From Octopus vulgaris (taxonomy: Eukaryota), in NCBI GenBank assembly GCA_951406725.2, contig OX597823.1:93248001-93312000 (forward strand): a stretch of 64,000 nt of DNA, read 5' to 3'. The notes beneath the pieces are model-generated. The model was not told the origin of the DNA. It was given only the letters and a program-made list of their open reading frames with translations, and made no database searches. The translations under genes were made by a program, and so were the position numbers. Of the stretch, positions 39,388 through 50,265 are shown one piece after another. Each line of letters opens with the position of its first letter. The first letter of the stretch is position 1.

Positions 39388-39718
39388 GTGGAGGCACAAT
39401 GGCCTAGTGTTCAGGGCAGCGGTCGAAGGATAGCGGTTTCGATTCCCAGACCGGGCGTTGTGAGTGTTTATTGAGTGAAAACCCCTAAAGCTCCACGGGG
39501 CTCCAGCAGTGGATGGTGGTGAACCCTGCTGTACTCTTTCACCACATCTTTCTCTCACTCTTTCTTACTGTTTCTGTTGTACCCGTATTTCAAATGGCCA
39601 GCCTTGTCACACTCTGTGTCACGCTGAATCTGCAGAGTGCTCAGCCACTTGCTCACTTGCAAGCTGTTCCGTTGATTGGATTAACTGGAACCCCCGTCAT
39701 CGTAACCGACGGAATGCC
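39388..39718 (+). mobile_element. tRNA-derived SINE
   Basis: TGGCCTAGTG...GGTTTCGATTCC; same family as 56812-56995 and 63396-63739. Confidence 0.8.
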
Positions 39719-40143
39719 AAGATACCTTTATCTACCTCGGTACGAATTCCCTGAACCCTCCTCCTTTTTTCCATACCTATTATTTTCTTAGTTTATCTTT
39801 TATCCTTTCCTGACTTTATTTTTAATCTCCTCTCTTTACATATATTTCTTATTAATTTGCTATTATTTCCTATTATTTTCGTTTCTTATCGTTGTATATT
39901 TTCCTTATTAATTTCTTGTCCTTTATGTTTTATTTTTATTGTATATTATTAAATCGTAATATAATATTTAATTTCTTTACATTTCACATTCACATATATT
40001 AGTATAACATTCTATGAGTTGCGAACTTTGTTACATTTTCTCTCTGCAATATGCTTGGTAAGATATGGCTCTTTATGGCTCTTGAATGATATATAGTTAC
40101 TTATAATTGCACTATAGAATTATACCATAATCTTTATGTAAAC

Positions 40144-40201
<58 letters not shown>

Positions 40202-40390
40202 ATATATAAAAGGGCTTAGTAAAATAAATTACTTTGCCGCATACTGAACTCATTAGAAATAGCAGCTAAAAAACTTTTTTAAAAACCATTTCTAATACTT
40301 AAAGAAAATCTCTCTCGTATAGTGTTTGGTCAACTCAACTCACGAAAGTTTGGGGGTAAAGACATAAAAAAATCAAATGCAAAGGTTATT

Positions 40391-40442
40391 TGAGAACGTA
40401 CGTTTCAAGATTAGTCATCAAGACACTTCTATCATCAGCTCA
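40391..40442 (-). ncRNA. Type I hammerhead, inverted copy
   Basis: Reverse complement of 41022-41073. Confidence 0.8.
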
Positions 40443-41021
40443 GAAACTCCTTGGTTTGGATTTGAAAACACTGAAAGTGAGAGCATACTCTTTCGGCCTC
40501 TCATCGCCTTCGAAGATCTGCTCGTAACTAACAGTGCCAACAAACTCAAACATGCAAGCGAAGAATTTCTGCCCTCCCCTTTCCACCAGCGTGGGTTAAA
40601 ATCAACAAACACTCTGCTTATTTCGGTAAAATCCGAAGCATTAATTAGAGGAGATTAATTATAATTTCAACAATTGAGGGTAAAATTAATTAATTATTAA
40701 TTAATTTCACCAAGTGTTCAGTATGCAAAGGGACCATTTAAGGCGAATTCAAATTATTACAATATATAAAAGGGCTTAGTAAAATAAATTACTTTGCCGC
40801 ATACTTAATCTCCCTCTAATTAATGCTTCGGATTTTACCGAAATAAGCAGAGTGTTTGTTGATTTTAACCCACGCTGGTGGAAAGGGGAGGGCAGAAATT
40901 CTTCGCTTGCATGTTTGAGTTTGTTGGCACTGTTAGTTACGAGCAGATCTTCGAAGGCGATGAGAGGCCGAAAGAGTATGCTCTCACTTTCAGTGTTTTC
41001 AAATCCAAACCAAGGAGTTTC

Positions 41022-41073
41022 TGAGCTGATGATAGAAGTGTCTTGATGACTAATCTTGAAACGTACGTTCTCA
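41022..41073 (+). ncRNA. Type I hammerhead, canonical core
   Basis: TGAG-CTGATGA-tAGA..GTC TTGAT GAC..TCTt-GAAAC GTAC GTT-CTCA; palindromic stem III AACGTACGTT; GUU site. Confidence 0.8.
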
Positions 41074-41403
41074 AATAACCTTTGCATTTGATTTTTTTAT
41101 GTCTTTACCCCAAACTTTCGTGAGTTGAGTTGACCAAACACTATACGAGAGATTTTCTTTAAGTATTAGAAATGGTTTTTAAAAAAGTTTTTTAGCTGCT
41201 ATTTCTAATGAGTTCAGTATGCGGCAAAGTAATTTATTTTACTAAGCCCTTTTATATATTGTAATAATTTGAATTCGCCTTAAATGGTCCCTTTGCATAC
41301 TGAACACTTGGTGAAATTAATTAATAATTAATTAATTTTACCCTCAATTGTTGAAATATATATATATATATATATAAATAAGCAACAAGGATATGAAAGG
41401 CAG

Positions 41404-41491
41404 TGTAGTACAATCGTTTCATGCTACTTCATTTAATTAAACACCGTAAGTATTACATCAGTTTTAAAATGTAGAGCACTCTTCAGCCACA
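41404..41491 (-). ncRNA. Type I hammerhead with long stem II in a separate (TA)n-flanked insert (41376-41756)
   Basis: Minus: TGTGG-CTGAAGA-GTGCT...AGCAT-GAAAC GATT GTA-CTACA; GUA site. Confidence 0.8.
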
Positions 41492-41753
41492 TATACAATT
41501 TTTTAATTGAATAGACAATGTTCATTTTTATACTTATTCTATTTGCCAACATTACAAAGAGGGTAGTTATATAGACAGAGAGGTTAATTTCATCATTAAG
41601 AACATGGTAGTAGAAGGTCCTTCTCCATGGGCAGATTTTTTATCACTTATCTCGATTATAATCACCCCATTTGATTTATATGGATAATACAATATTAAAT
41701 TTTGGTGCCTCTAACATAAGTACCATATTCATCTGAATCTAAATTTTGCTGAA

Positions 41754-41793
<40 letters not shown>

Positions 41794-42304
41794 TGTATGT
41801 ATGTATATTTATATATATGTATGTATATATATATGTGTGTGTATGTATATTAATCCTTTTTTGTATATGTATATGTTTGTCATATATTCTTTTTATACTG
41901 TTATATCTAATTATATCCATACACAATTTTCGTAGCTGTTAATTTTTTCTTGTATACTTACATTTAATTATGTCTATATATTATTGAATCATTTATCTTA
42001 TCATACTACTTCTAACCGCTTACTTCCAATCAATACATAATATGTATACTTTTCCAGATAAATTTCATATGAAAATCGTGATCACTGATTGCCTGGTCTT
42101 TGTAGCGACCACCTAATACTTATGTAATGATGAGATATTAGGGTGATTTCACATGTTCGTCATCTCCTTTTCAATGTTGATACTGATCTGTATATCCCTC
42201 TTATTTAATAGGGTTCTAATGCACCTTTATAGTTTTTTTTTTATATATTTTTTATATTTTAATTTCATTTTTATACTGCATAACATTACACGGTCTTTAA
42301 TGCA

Positions 42305-42700
42305 GCGAGCAGGCAGAAACGTTAGCTCGCCGGGCGAAATGCTAAACAGTGTTTTGTCTGCTGCTATGTTCTGAGTTCTAATTCCACCCAGAGTGAAGTT
42401 TGCCTTTCATCCTTTCGGGATCGATTAAATAAGTACCAGTTACGCACTAGGGTCGATATAATCGACTTAATCCTTTTGTCTGTCCTTGTTTGCCCCCTCT
42501 GTGTTTAGCCCCTTGTGGGTAGTAAAAAAATAGGTGTTTCGTCTGTCTTTAAGTTCTGAGTTCAAATTCCGTCCAGGTCGACTTTGCCTTTCATCCTTTC
42601 GGGGTCGATAAATTAAGTACCAGTTACGTACTTGTGTCGATATAATCGACTGGCCCCTTCCCCAAAAATTTCTGGCTTTATGCCTAGAGTAGAAAATAAT
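42305..42700 (+). mobile_element. tRNA-derived SINE, same family as 38327-38720
   Basis: Colinear similarity over ~390 bp. Confidence 0.8.
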
Positions 42701-43408
42701 ATTAGATGGGCTTTTCCTATACCTTGATTAAAATTGTTTTCCCTCTGAGCCCTTAATATTTTCCTAATCCCAATATAGCATCCTATGATTCATAGCGTAC
42801 TCCCCTTTCATTGATGAGACTTAATGTCAACCCAGCCTCTTTTATGTGCTTTTACTGCTATCTGATTGACTCCTTCAAAAGTGTATTTCTTGTTGTGACC
42901 AGGGAATTTTATGACAGTATGAAATTAAAGTTTGCTTCTTTTTGTGGTGAAATGTATCTATGGCATTAAGAAATTGAGGAACAGGAGAAACATCTAGTAA
43001 TATTTATTTATAACCAGCAGCCAGCTATGATCTGTCAACTCACAATCTCCTTTATTCTCAATAAATGTAGTATTCAAGCCTTAGATATTTGCTGATGATA
43101 AGAAGGTGGATAAAAAATATTAGAAATTAATTATAATCCTATGACCCTCATTGTGTTCCACGCCAATCCAAAACTTAGAATATTTTTGCTGCAATAGAGA
43201 CAGCATGAAATTCTTTCCTCCTTTAGCTTTGACAAAATGTTTGAGAAAAATTGTATTAATATATGTTGTCTGTTGAAATTCCATGTTTATTGCAACTGAA
43301 GATAGCATTTTATTTAAATTTTTGTAATGGCCGCATTGCACTAATACGGCTTATTTTCATCTTGACCTGGATTCTCAACGTTAGGACCTAATTCAACTTA
43401 TCCTAATC

Positions 43409-43454
<46 letters not shown>

Positions 43455-43505
43455 GTATATATGTGTGTGTGTGTGTATGTAAATGTATGTGTTTATATGT
43501 TTATG

Positions 43506-43562
<57 letters not shown>

Positions 43563-43689
43563 GGCACCATGTTGCCAAGTGGTATCCAAGAAGTTAAGCG
43601 ATTTCCGACAAGATGGTAAAGAACGATACAATGAAGAAACAATTCGAAGTGTATTGTGACCAGCGATATTTGATCGTCTGGTCGATAGA

Positions 43690-43736
<47 letters not shown>

Positions 43737-43821
43737 TTTATTTAAATTTAAAGCAGTAGAAAATTCAGCAAAACCTGTTACTCTGAGTTTAACGTTGCCG
43801 TTCGTCGGACAGTTTTACTCC

Positions 43822-43864
<43 letters not shown>

Positions 43865-44786
43865 ATAGATAGATACATACATACATATATAAACATATAT
43901 ATATATGTGTGTGTGTGTGTGTATTATATGTAGGGAGACAGACAAACAGAGAAATAACAAGTAAAATGTATGGAATGGTCAACCATTGAATAATTGGTAA
44001 AATTCTGTTTGAAATTGCCGTTGCCGCATTAACACCAATCGTTCCATTAACACACGCACATATACACATATGCACACGCATATGTATATATAAATGATCA
44101 CGCCAATAGAAAGAGACATGGCTAAAAGCGTCAATTGTACGCAGTCTTTCATTGACAACAAGTACTATCACCCCCACCACCGCCACCACAATAATATTAA
44201 TACTAATAACAGCAACAAAACGACAGGAACAACACAGCAACAACAGCCGTCGTATTAGCAACGATATTTATTAGTAACGAGTTGGCAGTTTAGATCGCTA
44301 TATTAAAAAGCTTCAGTTAATAACAAAGGCTAATAAACGATTAATATACACAACGATTGATTAAGCAAAACAAAGAATAGGCAAAACTGATAATTTGTCT
44401 TTGAGGTTCGGAAACGTTAGTGAATGGTTCTTCTGCATGGTATAGCATCACCTTGATCAATACTCGATACATAATTCCGCTTACTTTTTAATTATGTTCA
44501 TTATCTTTCGTTTTGATTTGTTTTATTTTTCTTATTATTTTTCTAAATATTATTTTCTTCATCGTCGCCGTCGTCTTCATGATACTCTCTCTCTCTCTCT
44601 CTGACTTTCTCCACTCTCTCTCTCTGTCTCTCTTGCTTTTTTTCTCGTTATCGCTTTCTTCTTCAAACCAATTTAATGTTTGTGCAGCAAGTTTCTGAAG
44701 CGGAAATATGGAAATCGAAATCAATCAGCTGTAACATGCAACATTGTCATGACTCCAGCATAGATATTTTGTGAGGAGGATGGCAC

Positions 44787-44804
44787 TACCACCACCATCA
44801 TCAC

Positions 44805-44839
<35 letters not shown>

Positions 44840-44862
44840 CCACCATCATCATCCTCATCGTC

Positions 44863-44894
<32 letters not shown>

Positions 44895-45200
44895 CTTCAT
44901 CATCATCGTCGTCATCATCATCATCACCACCACCACCATCGACATCATCATCCCCATCATCATCATCATCACCGTCACCATCAACATCATGATTATTGTT
45001 GTCGTTATCATCATAATCACCATCACCATCGACATCATGATTATCGTTGTCGTTATTATCATCATCATCATAATCATAATCATCATCAACATCATCATTG
45101 CCAATGCAATCCTCATAATAATCGTTAACACAACGAACACCGTCATAATTATCATTAACATCAACACCATCGTTGTCGTCGTCGTCGCTGTCGTCAATAT
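44787..45200. repeat. Imperfect (CAT)n/(CAC)n trinucleotide tract
   Basis: Seen directly. Confidence 0.9.
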
Positions 45201-46227
45201 GATCGATATCTTCACGTGATAGGATAAAACTGGATGTACGGTATATATGTAAGTAGTGTGCGTTTATATGTGTGTATATTTGAGTTGTTTAGAAAATGAA
45301 AAAGGAGGGGTAGCATGAGTAGAATGAGAGATGGATAACGAGGAGGCAGATTATGTAAAGTGAATGATAAACTCGACGAGAGAGAAAGTCAGAGAATGTG
45401 TAAGAGATGAATGGCAAGAGAAAATATATTTTAAGCGAGAAAGAAGAAAAACAGTAGAGAGAAATATTACACGAGAGAGACGGGATGGGAAAGCAAGGGG
45501 TAGTTTGAGAGGGGTGATCACAAATGAAGTTGTAGAGACAGAGAGAGCGGTAGAACGGGATAGAGTGAGGGAGGGAGAAAGCCGTTCAATCTATGTATTT
45601 GCCACCAGACTGAGCATCTGTTGTTGTATATCGAGTAATGATAGGGAAAGAGCAGCTGGCATATCAGAACTTTCCTGTGACCAACAGACAGGAGAAGAAC
45701 TATAGAACTACACGTTTTTGTTCTTTGTTCGTCGATTGCATTTGTTTTTATGGAGGTCATGGTTGTTGTTTCATTTTGATGTTATTTATATACATAAAAC
45801 GAAAATAGGAAAATTATTAAGAATATAATAATAAAAGAGCATCGGTTCATTTTTGACAGTGGCATGTTGTCATTAACTTTATAAACCTAAGATGATAAAT
45901 GATATCATTTTCGAAAAGAAATTTAAATACGAACGCAAGAATGAAATGTGGGTAAAACAACAAAACGTATTGATAAGATATACAAAAATAAATAACTGTT
46001 TTATTTGATTGGAGCGCAGACCATATAATTTGCAACACTGAATTCTGGTGAAACAAGTGTATGGTGATGTCTGCATTTGAACATATGTGTGCCTAAATAT
46101 ACACATACACACACACATTAACACACGCATACACACACACATATATATACATACACATATATATATACATATATGTAAAAATATATTCACATACATATGT
46201 ATACACACACACAAACACAGACACACA

Positions 46228-46700
46228 GTGTGTCGCCTAGTGGTTATACGCGTTGCACTTTCAATCCTGAGGTCGTGGTTTCGATTCCCAAATTGGCTGC
46301 TGTTTGCTTATATACGTTTATGTGAAGGCAATTAGAGTAGTGGTTATGCGCGTTGCACTTACAATCCCAAGGTCGTGGTTTCGATTCCCAAACTAGCTCT
46401 CACTTGCCTACAGACGTTTAAGTGGAAACACGCGGCCTAATGGTCATGCGCGTTAGATTTACAATCCTGAGGCCATGGTTTCAAATCCCAAACTGGCTGC
46501 ACGTTGTGCTCTTGACCAAAACACTTTTCGGCTCAGTTGTAAATACGTAACCTAGCAATGGAATACCCTTCCGATCCAGGGGCATGTTAGCCTGCTCACC
46601 TACCCACCGGGGTGGTATCATTCGAAAACTAAAACAATACAAAATGCAAATTGCATTGTGACCAGCGATGTATAACATGCAATAATCTTTATGATCCCGT
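46228..46700 (+). mobile_element. SINE with triplicated tRNA-like head (~100-bp period)
   Basis: tagtggttat.cgcgtt..ttacaatcc..aggtcgtggtttcgattcccaaa occurs at ~46235, ~46338 and ~46435; the third continues into a SINE body. Confidence 0.75.
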
Positions 46701-46730
46701 TATATATATATATATCCATATATATATATA

Positions 46731-46840
46731 TATTGATAAAAACGGTAAGACAAGAATATGGTGGCGTGGATTTCCACCTCGGCATCCGAAACTCGGAGTT
46801 TTATCATCGCTACCAAATAATTGTCACATATTACATTTAC
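46731..46840. mobile_element. Rearranged solo pLTR fragment related to the PLE at 1-6151
   Basis: attgataaaaacggtaaga is the reverse complement of the pLTR 3' end. It is followed by atggtggcgtggatttccacctcggcatccgaaactcggagttttatc, a diverged copy of the pLTR HHR (6005-6052). Confidence 0.75.
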
Positions 46841-46852
46841 AGATACACACAT

Positions 46853-46913
<61 letters not shown>

Positions 46914-47057
46914 TAAATATAAGAGAGTGGTCACTATATGGCTCACTCTAGCACCAGTTAATCCAAAAGGTTTCAACCACGAAAATACATGTTTCCCATG
47001 AAAGTCAGTACGATTGTTAGCTCACACGGACAGGGCAAATAAAAAATAACAAAAATA

Positions 47058-47154
47058 CAGATTATTTTGGGACAATTGTTTCGCTATTAATGAATTAAAT
47101 GTAATTTTACTTACAAAAAAAATCCATTTGTAGCTCGTCAGCCAAAACTATCTG
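47058..47154 (-). ncRNA. Canonical type I hammerhead, unit 1
   Basis: Minus: CAGATAGTTTTGG-CTGACGA-GCTA..AATGGATT..TGTAA/TTACA..AATTCATT..TAGC-GAAAC AATT GTC-CCAAAATAATCTG; GUC site. Confidence 0.92.
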
Positions 47155-47600
47155 GATGAAATCCACTCAATCACACGCCAGATTTTACCATAACGATAAA
47201 TACGCGTGTGGTTCAATTGATTACATCCGACGTTATAATTCAAATGCCCCAACTAACAGCGCGCCAAACTTTCACGGAAAACAATTACAGCATTTAGAAA
47301 TAAATGCAGCATAATTATAATTAATTAATAAGGGTGAGAGAATTAGATACTAATTTAATAGTATATCTATTCAACACCAAGTGGCCTAGTGCTACGAGAA
47401 ACCTGGATTATTATAATATTTTATAACATATTATAATATTTTTACAAAATAAATATAAGAGAGTGGTCACTATATGGCTCACTCTAGCACCAGTTAATCC
47501 AAAAGGTTTCAACCACGAAAATACATGTTTCCCATGAAAGTCAGTACGATTGTTAGCTCACACGGACAGGGCAAATAAAAAATAACAAAAATACAGATTA

Positions 47601-47683
47601 TTTTGGGACAATTGTTTCGCTATTAATGAATTAAATGTAATTTTACTTACAAAAAAAATCCATTTGTAGCTCGTCAGCCCAAA
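47601..47683 (-). ncRNA. Type I hammerhead, unit 2 (one stem I mismatch)
   Basis: As unit 1, with cagcccaaac instead of cagccaaaac. Confidence 0.88.
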
Positions 47684-48136
47684 CTATCTGGATGAAATCC
47701 ACTCAATCACATGCCAGATTTTACCATAACGATAAATACGCGTGTGGTTCAATTGATTACATCCGACGTTATAATTCAAATGCCCCAACTAACAGCGCGC
47801 CAAACTTTCACGGAAAACAATTACAGCATTTAGAAATAAATGCAGCATAATTATAATTAATTAATAAGGGTGAGAGAATTAGATACTAATTTAATAGTAT
47901 ATCTATTCAACACCAAGTGGCCTAGTGCTACGAGAAACCTGGATTATTATAATATTTTATAACATATTATAATATTTTTACAAAATAAATATAAGAGAGT
48001 GGTCACTATATGGCTCACTCTAGCACCAGTTAATCCAAAAGGTTTCAACCACGAAAATACATGTTTCCCATGAAAGTCAGTACGATTGTTAGCTCACACG
48101 GACAGGGCAAATAAAAAATAACAAAAATACAGATTA

Positions 48137-48218
48137 TTTTGGGACAATTGTTTCGCTATTAATGAATTAAATGTAATTTTACTTACAAAAAAATCCATTT
48201 GTAGCTCGTCAGCCAAAA
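48137..48218 (-). ncRNA. Type I hammerhead, unit 3
   Basis: As unit 1; A run one base shorter. Confidence 0.9.
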
Positions 48219-48671
48219 CTATCTGGATGAAATCCACTCAATCACACGCCAGATTTTACCATAACGATAAATACGCGTGTGGTTCAATTGATTACATCCG
48301 ACGTTATAATTCAAATGCCCCAACTAACAGCGCGCCAAACTTTCACGGAAAACAAATACAGCATTTAGAAATAAATGCAGCATAATTATAATTAATTAAT
48401 AAGGGTGAGAGAATTAGATACTAATTTAATAGTATATCTATTCAACACCAAGTGGCCTAGTGCTACGAGAAACCTTGATTATTATAATATTTTATAACAT
48501 ATTATAATATTTTTACAAAATAAATATAAGAGAGTGGTCACTATATGGCTCACTCTAGCACCAGTTAATCCAAAAGGTTTCAACCACGAAAATACATGTT
48601 TCCCATGAAAGTCAGTACGATTGTTAGCTCACACGGACAGGGCAAATAAAAAATAACAAAAATACAGATTA

Positions 48672-48754
48672 TTTTGGGACAATTGTTTCGCTATTAATGA
48701 ATTAAATGTAATTTTACTTACAAAAAAAATCCATTTGTAGCTCGTCAGCCAAAA
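48672..48754 (-). ncRNA. Type I hammerhead, unit 4
   Basis: As unit 1. Confidence 0.9.
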
Positions 48755-49207
48755 CTATCTGGATGAAATCCACTCAATCACACGCCAGATTTTACCATAA
48801 CGATAAATACGCGTGTGGTTCAATTGATTACATCCGACGTTATAATTCAAATGCCCCAACTAACAGCGCGCCAAACTTTCACGGAAAACAAATACAGCAT
48901 TTAGAAATAAATGCAGCATAATTATAATTAATTAATAAGGGTGAGAGAATTAGATACTAATTTAATAGTATATCTATTCAACACCAAGTGGCCTAGTGCT
49001 ACGAGAAACCTGGATTATTATAATATTTTATAACATATTATAATATTTTTACAAAATAAATATAAGAGAGTGGTCACTATATGGCTCACTCTAGCACCAG
49101 TTAATCCAAAAGGTTTCAACGATGAAAATACATGTTTCCCATGAAAGTCAGTACGATTGTTAGCTCACACGGACAGGGCAAATAAAAAATAACAAAAATA
49201 CAGATTA

Positions 49208-49290
49208 TTTTGGGACAATTGTTTCGCTATTAATGAATTAAATGTAATTTTACTTACAAAAAAAATCCATTTGTAGCTCGTCAGCCAAAA
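49208..49290 (-). ncRNA. Type I hammerhead, unit 5
   Basis: As unit 1. Confidence 0.9.
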
Positions 49291-49592
49291 CTATCTGGAT
49301 GAAATCCACTCAATCACACGCCAGATTTTACCATAACGATAAATACGCGTGTGGTTCAATTGATTACATCCGACGTTATAATTCAAATGCCCCAACTAAC
49401 AGCGCGCCAAACTTTCACGGAAAACAAATACAGCATTTAGAAATAAATGCAGCATAATTATAATTAATTAATAAGGGTGAGAGAATTAGATACTAATTTA
49501 ATAGTATATCTATTCAACACCAAGTGGCCTAGTGCTACGAGAAACCTGGATTATTATAATATTTTATAACATATTATAATATTTTTACAAAA

Positions 49593-49678
49593 TTATAATC
49601 CAGGTTTCTCGTAGCACTAGGCCACTTGGTGTTGAATAGATATACTATTAAATTAGTATCTAATTCTCTCATCCTTAA

Positions 49679-49685
<7 letters not shown>
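49593..49685 (+). repeat. Inverted ~90-bp terminal fragment of the 536-bp unit, fused to (TA)n
   Basis: Reverse complement of ~49461-49555 with one substitution and a 3-bp deletion. Confidence 0.9.
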
Positions 49686-49756
<71 letters not shown>

Positions 49757-50017
49757 GCATACATAGATGTGTGTGAATGTATGTTTTTGTCTGAAATGTT
49801 TCAAATGGGTAACGACGTTTGCATATTAATACTTTTAATAATAAATAAATATTATTTAGTTAGTTTTGGGGAATGGAATGTAGTATTACGTACGTTAGGG
49901 CTGCGCATTCTCATAAAAACTCGCTTTTTCTGGTTTCAATTTATAAGTCTGAGAATTGTACTTTTTGTCTTTTCCTTTTCTTTTCTTTTGCTTTTTTTTA
50001 AGTAAGGCAATGAGTTG

Positions 50018-50265
50018 TAGAGGCGCGTGGCTTGGTGTCTAGGGTGTCAACATCGTGATCGTGAGATTGTGGTTCCCATTCCTGGACCGGGCGACGCGTT
50101 GTTTTCTTGAGCAAAACACTTCATTTCTCCAGGGATCCAGTCTACCCAGTTGGCAAAATAAGTAACGCTGCGATGCACTGGCGTCCCATTCAGCTGGTGA
50201 ACACATACGCCACGGAAACCGGGAAACCGGACCCATGAGTCTGGCTAGGTTTTAAAAAGGGCGCA
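50018..50265 (+). mobile_element. tRNA-derived SINE
   Basis: TGGCTTGGTG..GGTTCCCATTCC head followed by cttgagcaaaacactt body. Confidence 0.7.

Larger units (their letters stand above)
40201..41357. mobile_element. HHR-bearing non-autonomous element, 560-bp monomer: minus-strand block with 45-bp terminal redundancy plus inverted, permuted full monomer
   Basis: 40201-40245 recurs at 40761-40805. 40806-41357 is the reverse complement of 40657->40201 continuing into 40760->40665. Flanked by (TA)n. Confidence 0.9.
46911..49592 (-). repeat. Five near-identical 535-536-bp tandem units, each with a hammerhead ribozyme (retrozyme-like array)
   Basis: aagagagtggtcac starts at 46921, 47457, 47993, 48528 and 49064. 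Only a few substitutions between units; no ORF in the track. Confidence 0.95.

Noticed and set aside
40377-41087. Duplicated 64-103-aa ORFs in the 560-bp element (also 28516-28743 and 28863-29141 in the 483-bp element)
   Set aside because: No recognisable domain, some use non-ATG starts, and duplication simply reflects the inverted repeat.
41338-41346. ACCCT near element ends as a telomerase-template mimic
   Set aside because: Only 5 nt, explained as the 3' arm of the terminal hairpin, and no TTAGGG repeats are adjacent.
44488-45219. Ser-, Met- or Ile-rich ORFs as a host gene
   Set aside because: Low-complexity (CAT)n and (GA)n sequence; a non-coding exon cannot be excluded but is unsupported.
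46911-49592. CRISPR array, tRNA/5S cluster or plain satellite
   Set aside because: No variable spacers and no Pol III boxes or cloverleaf; the HHR, inversion and TA flanks favour a retrozyme-like origin.
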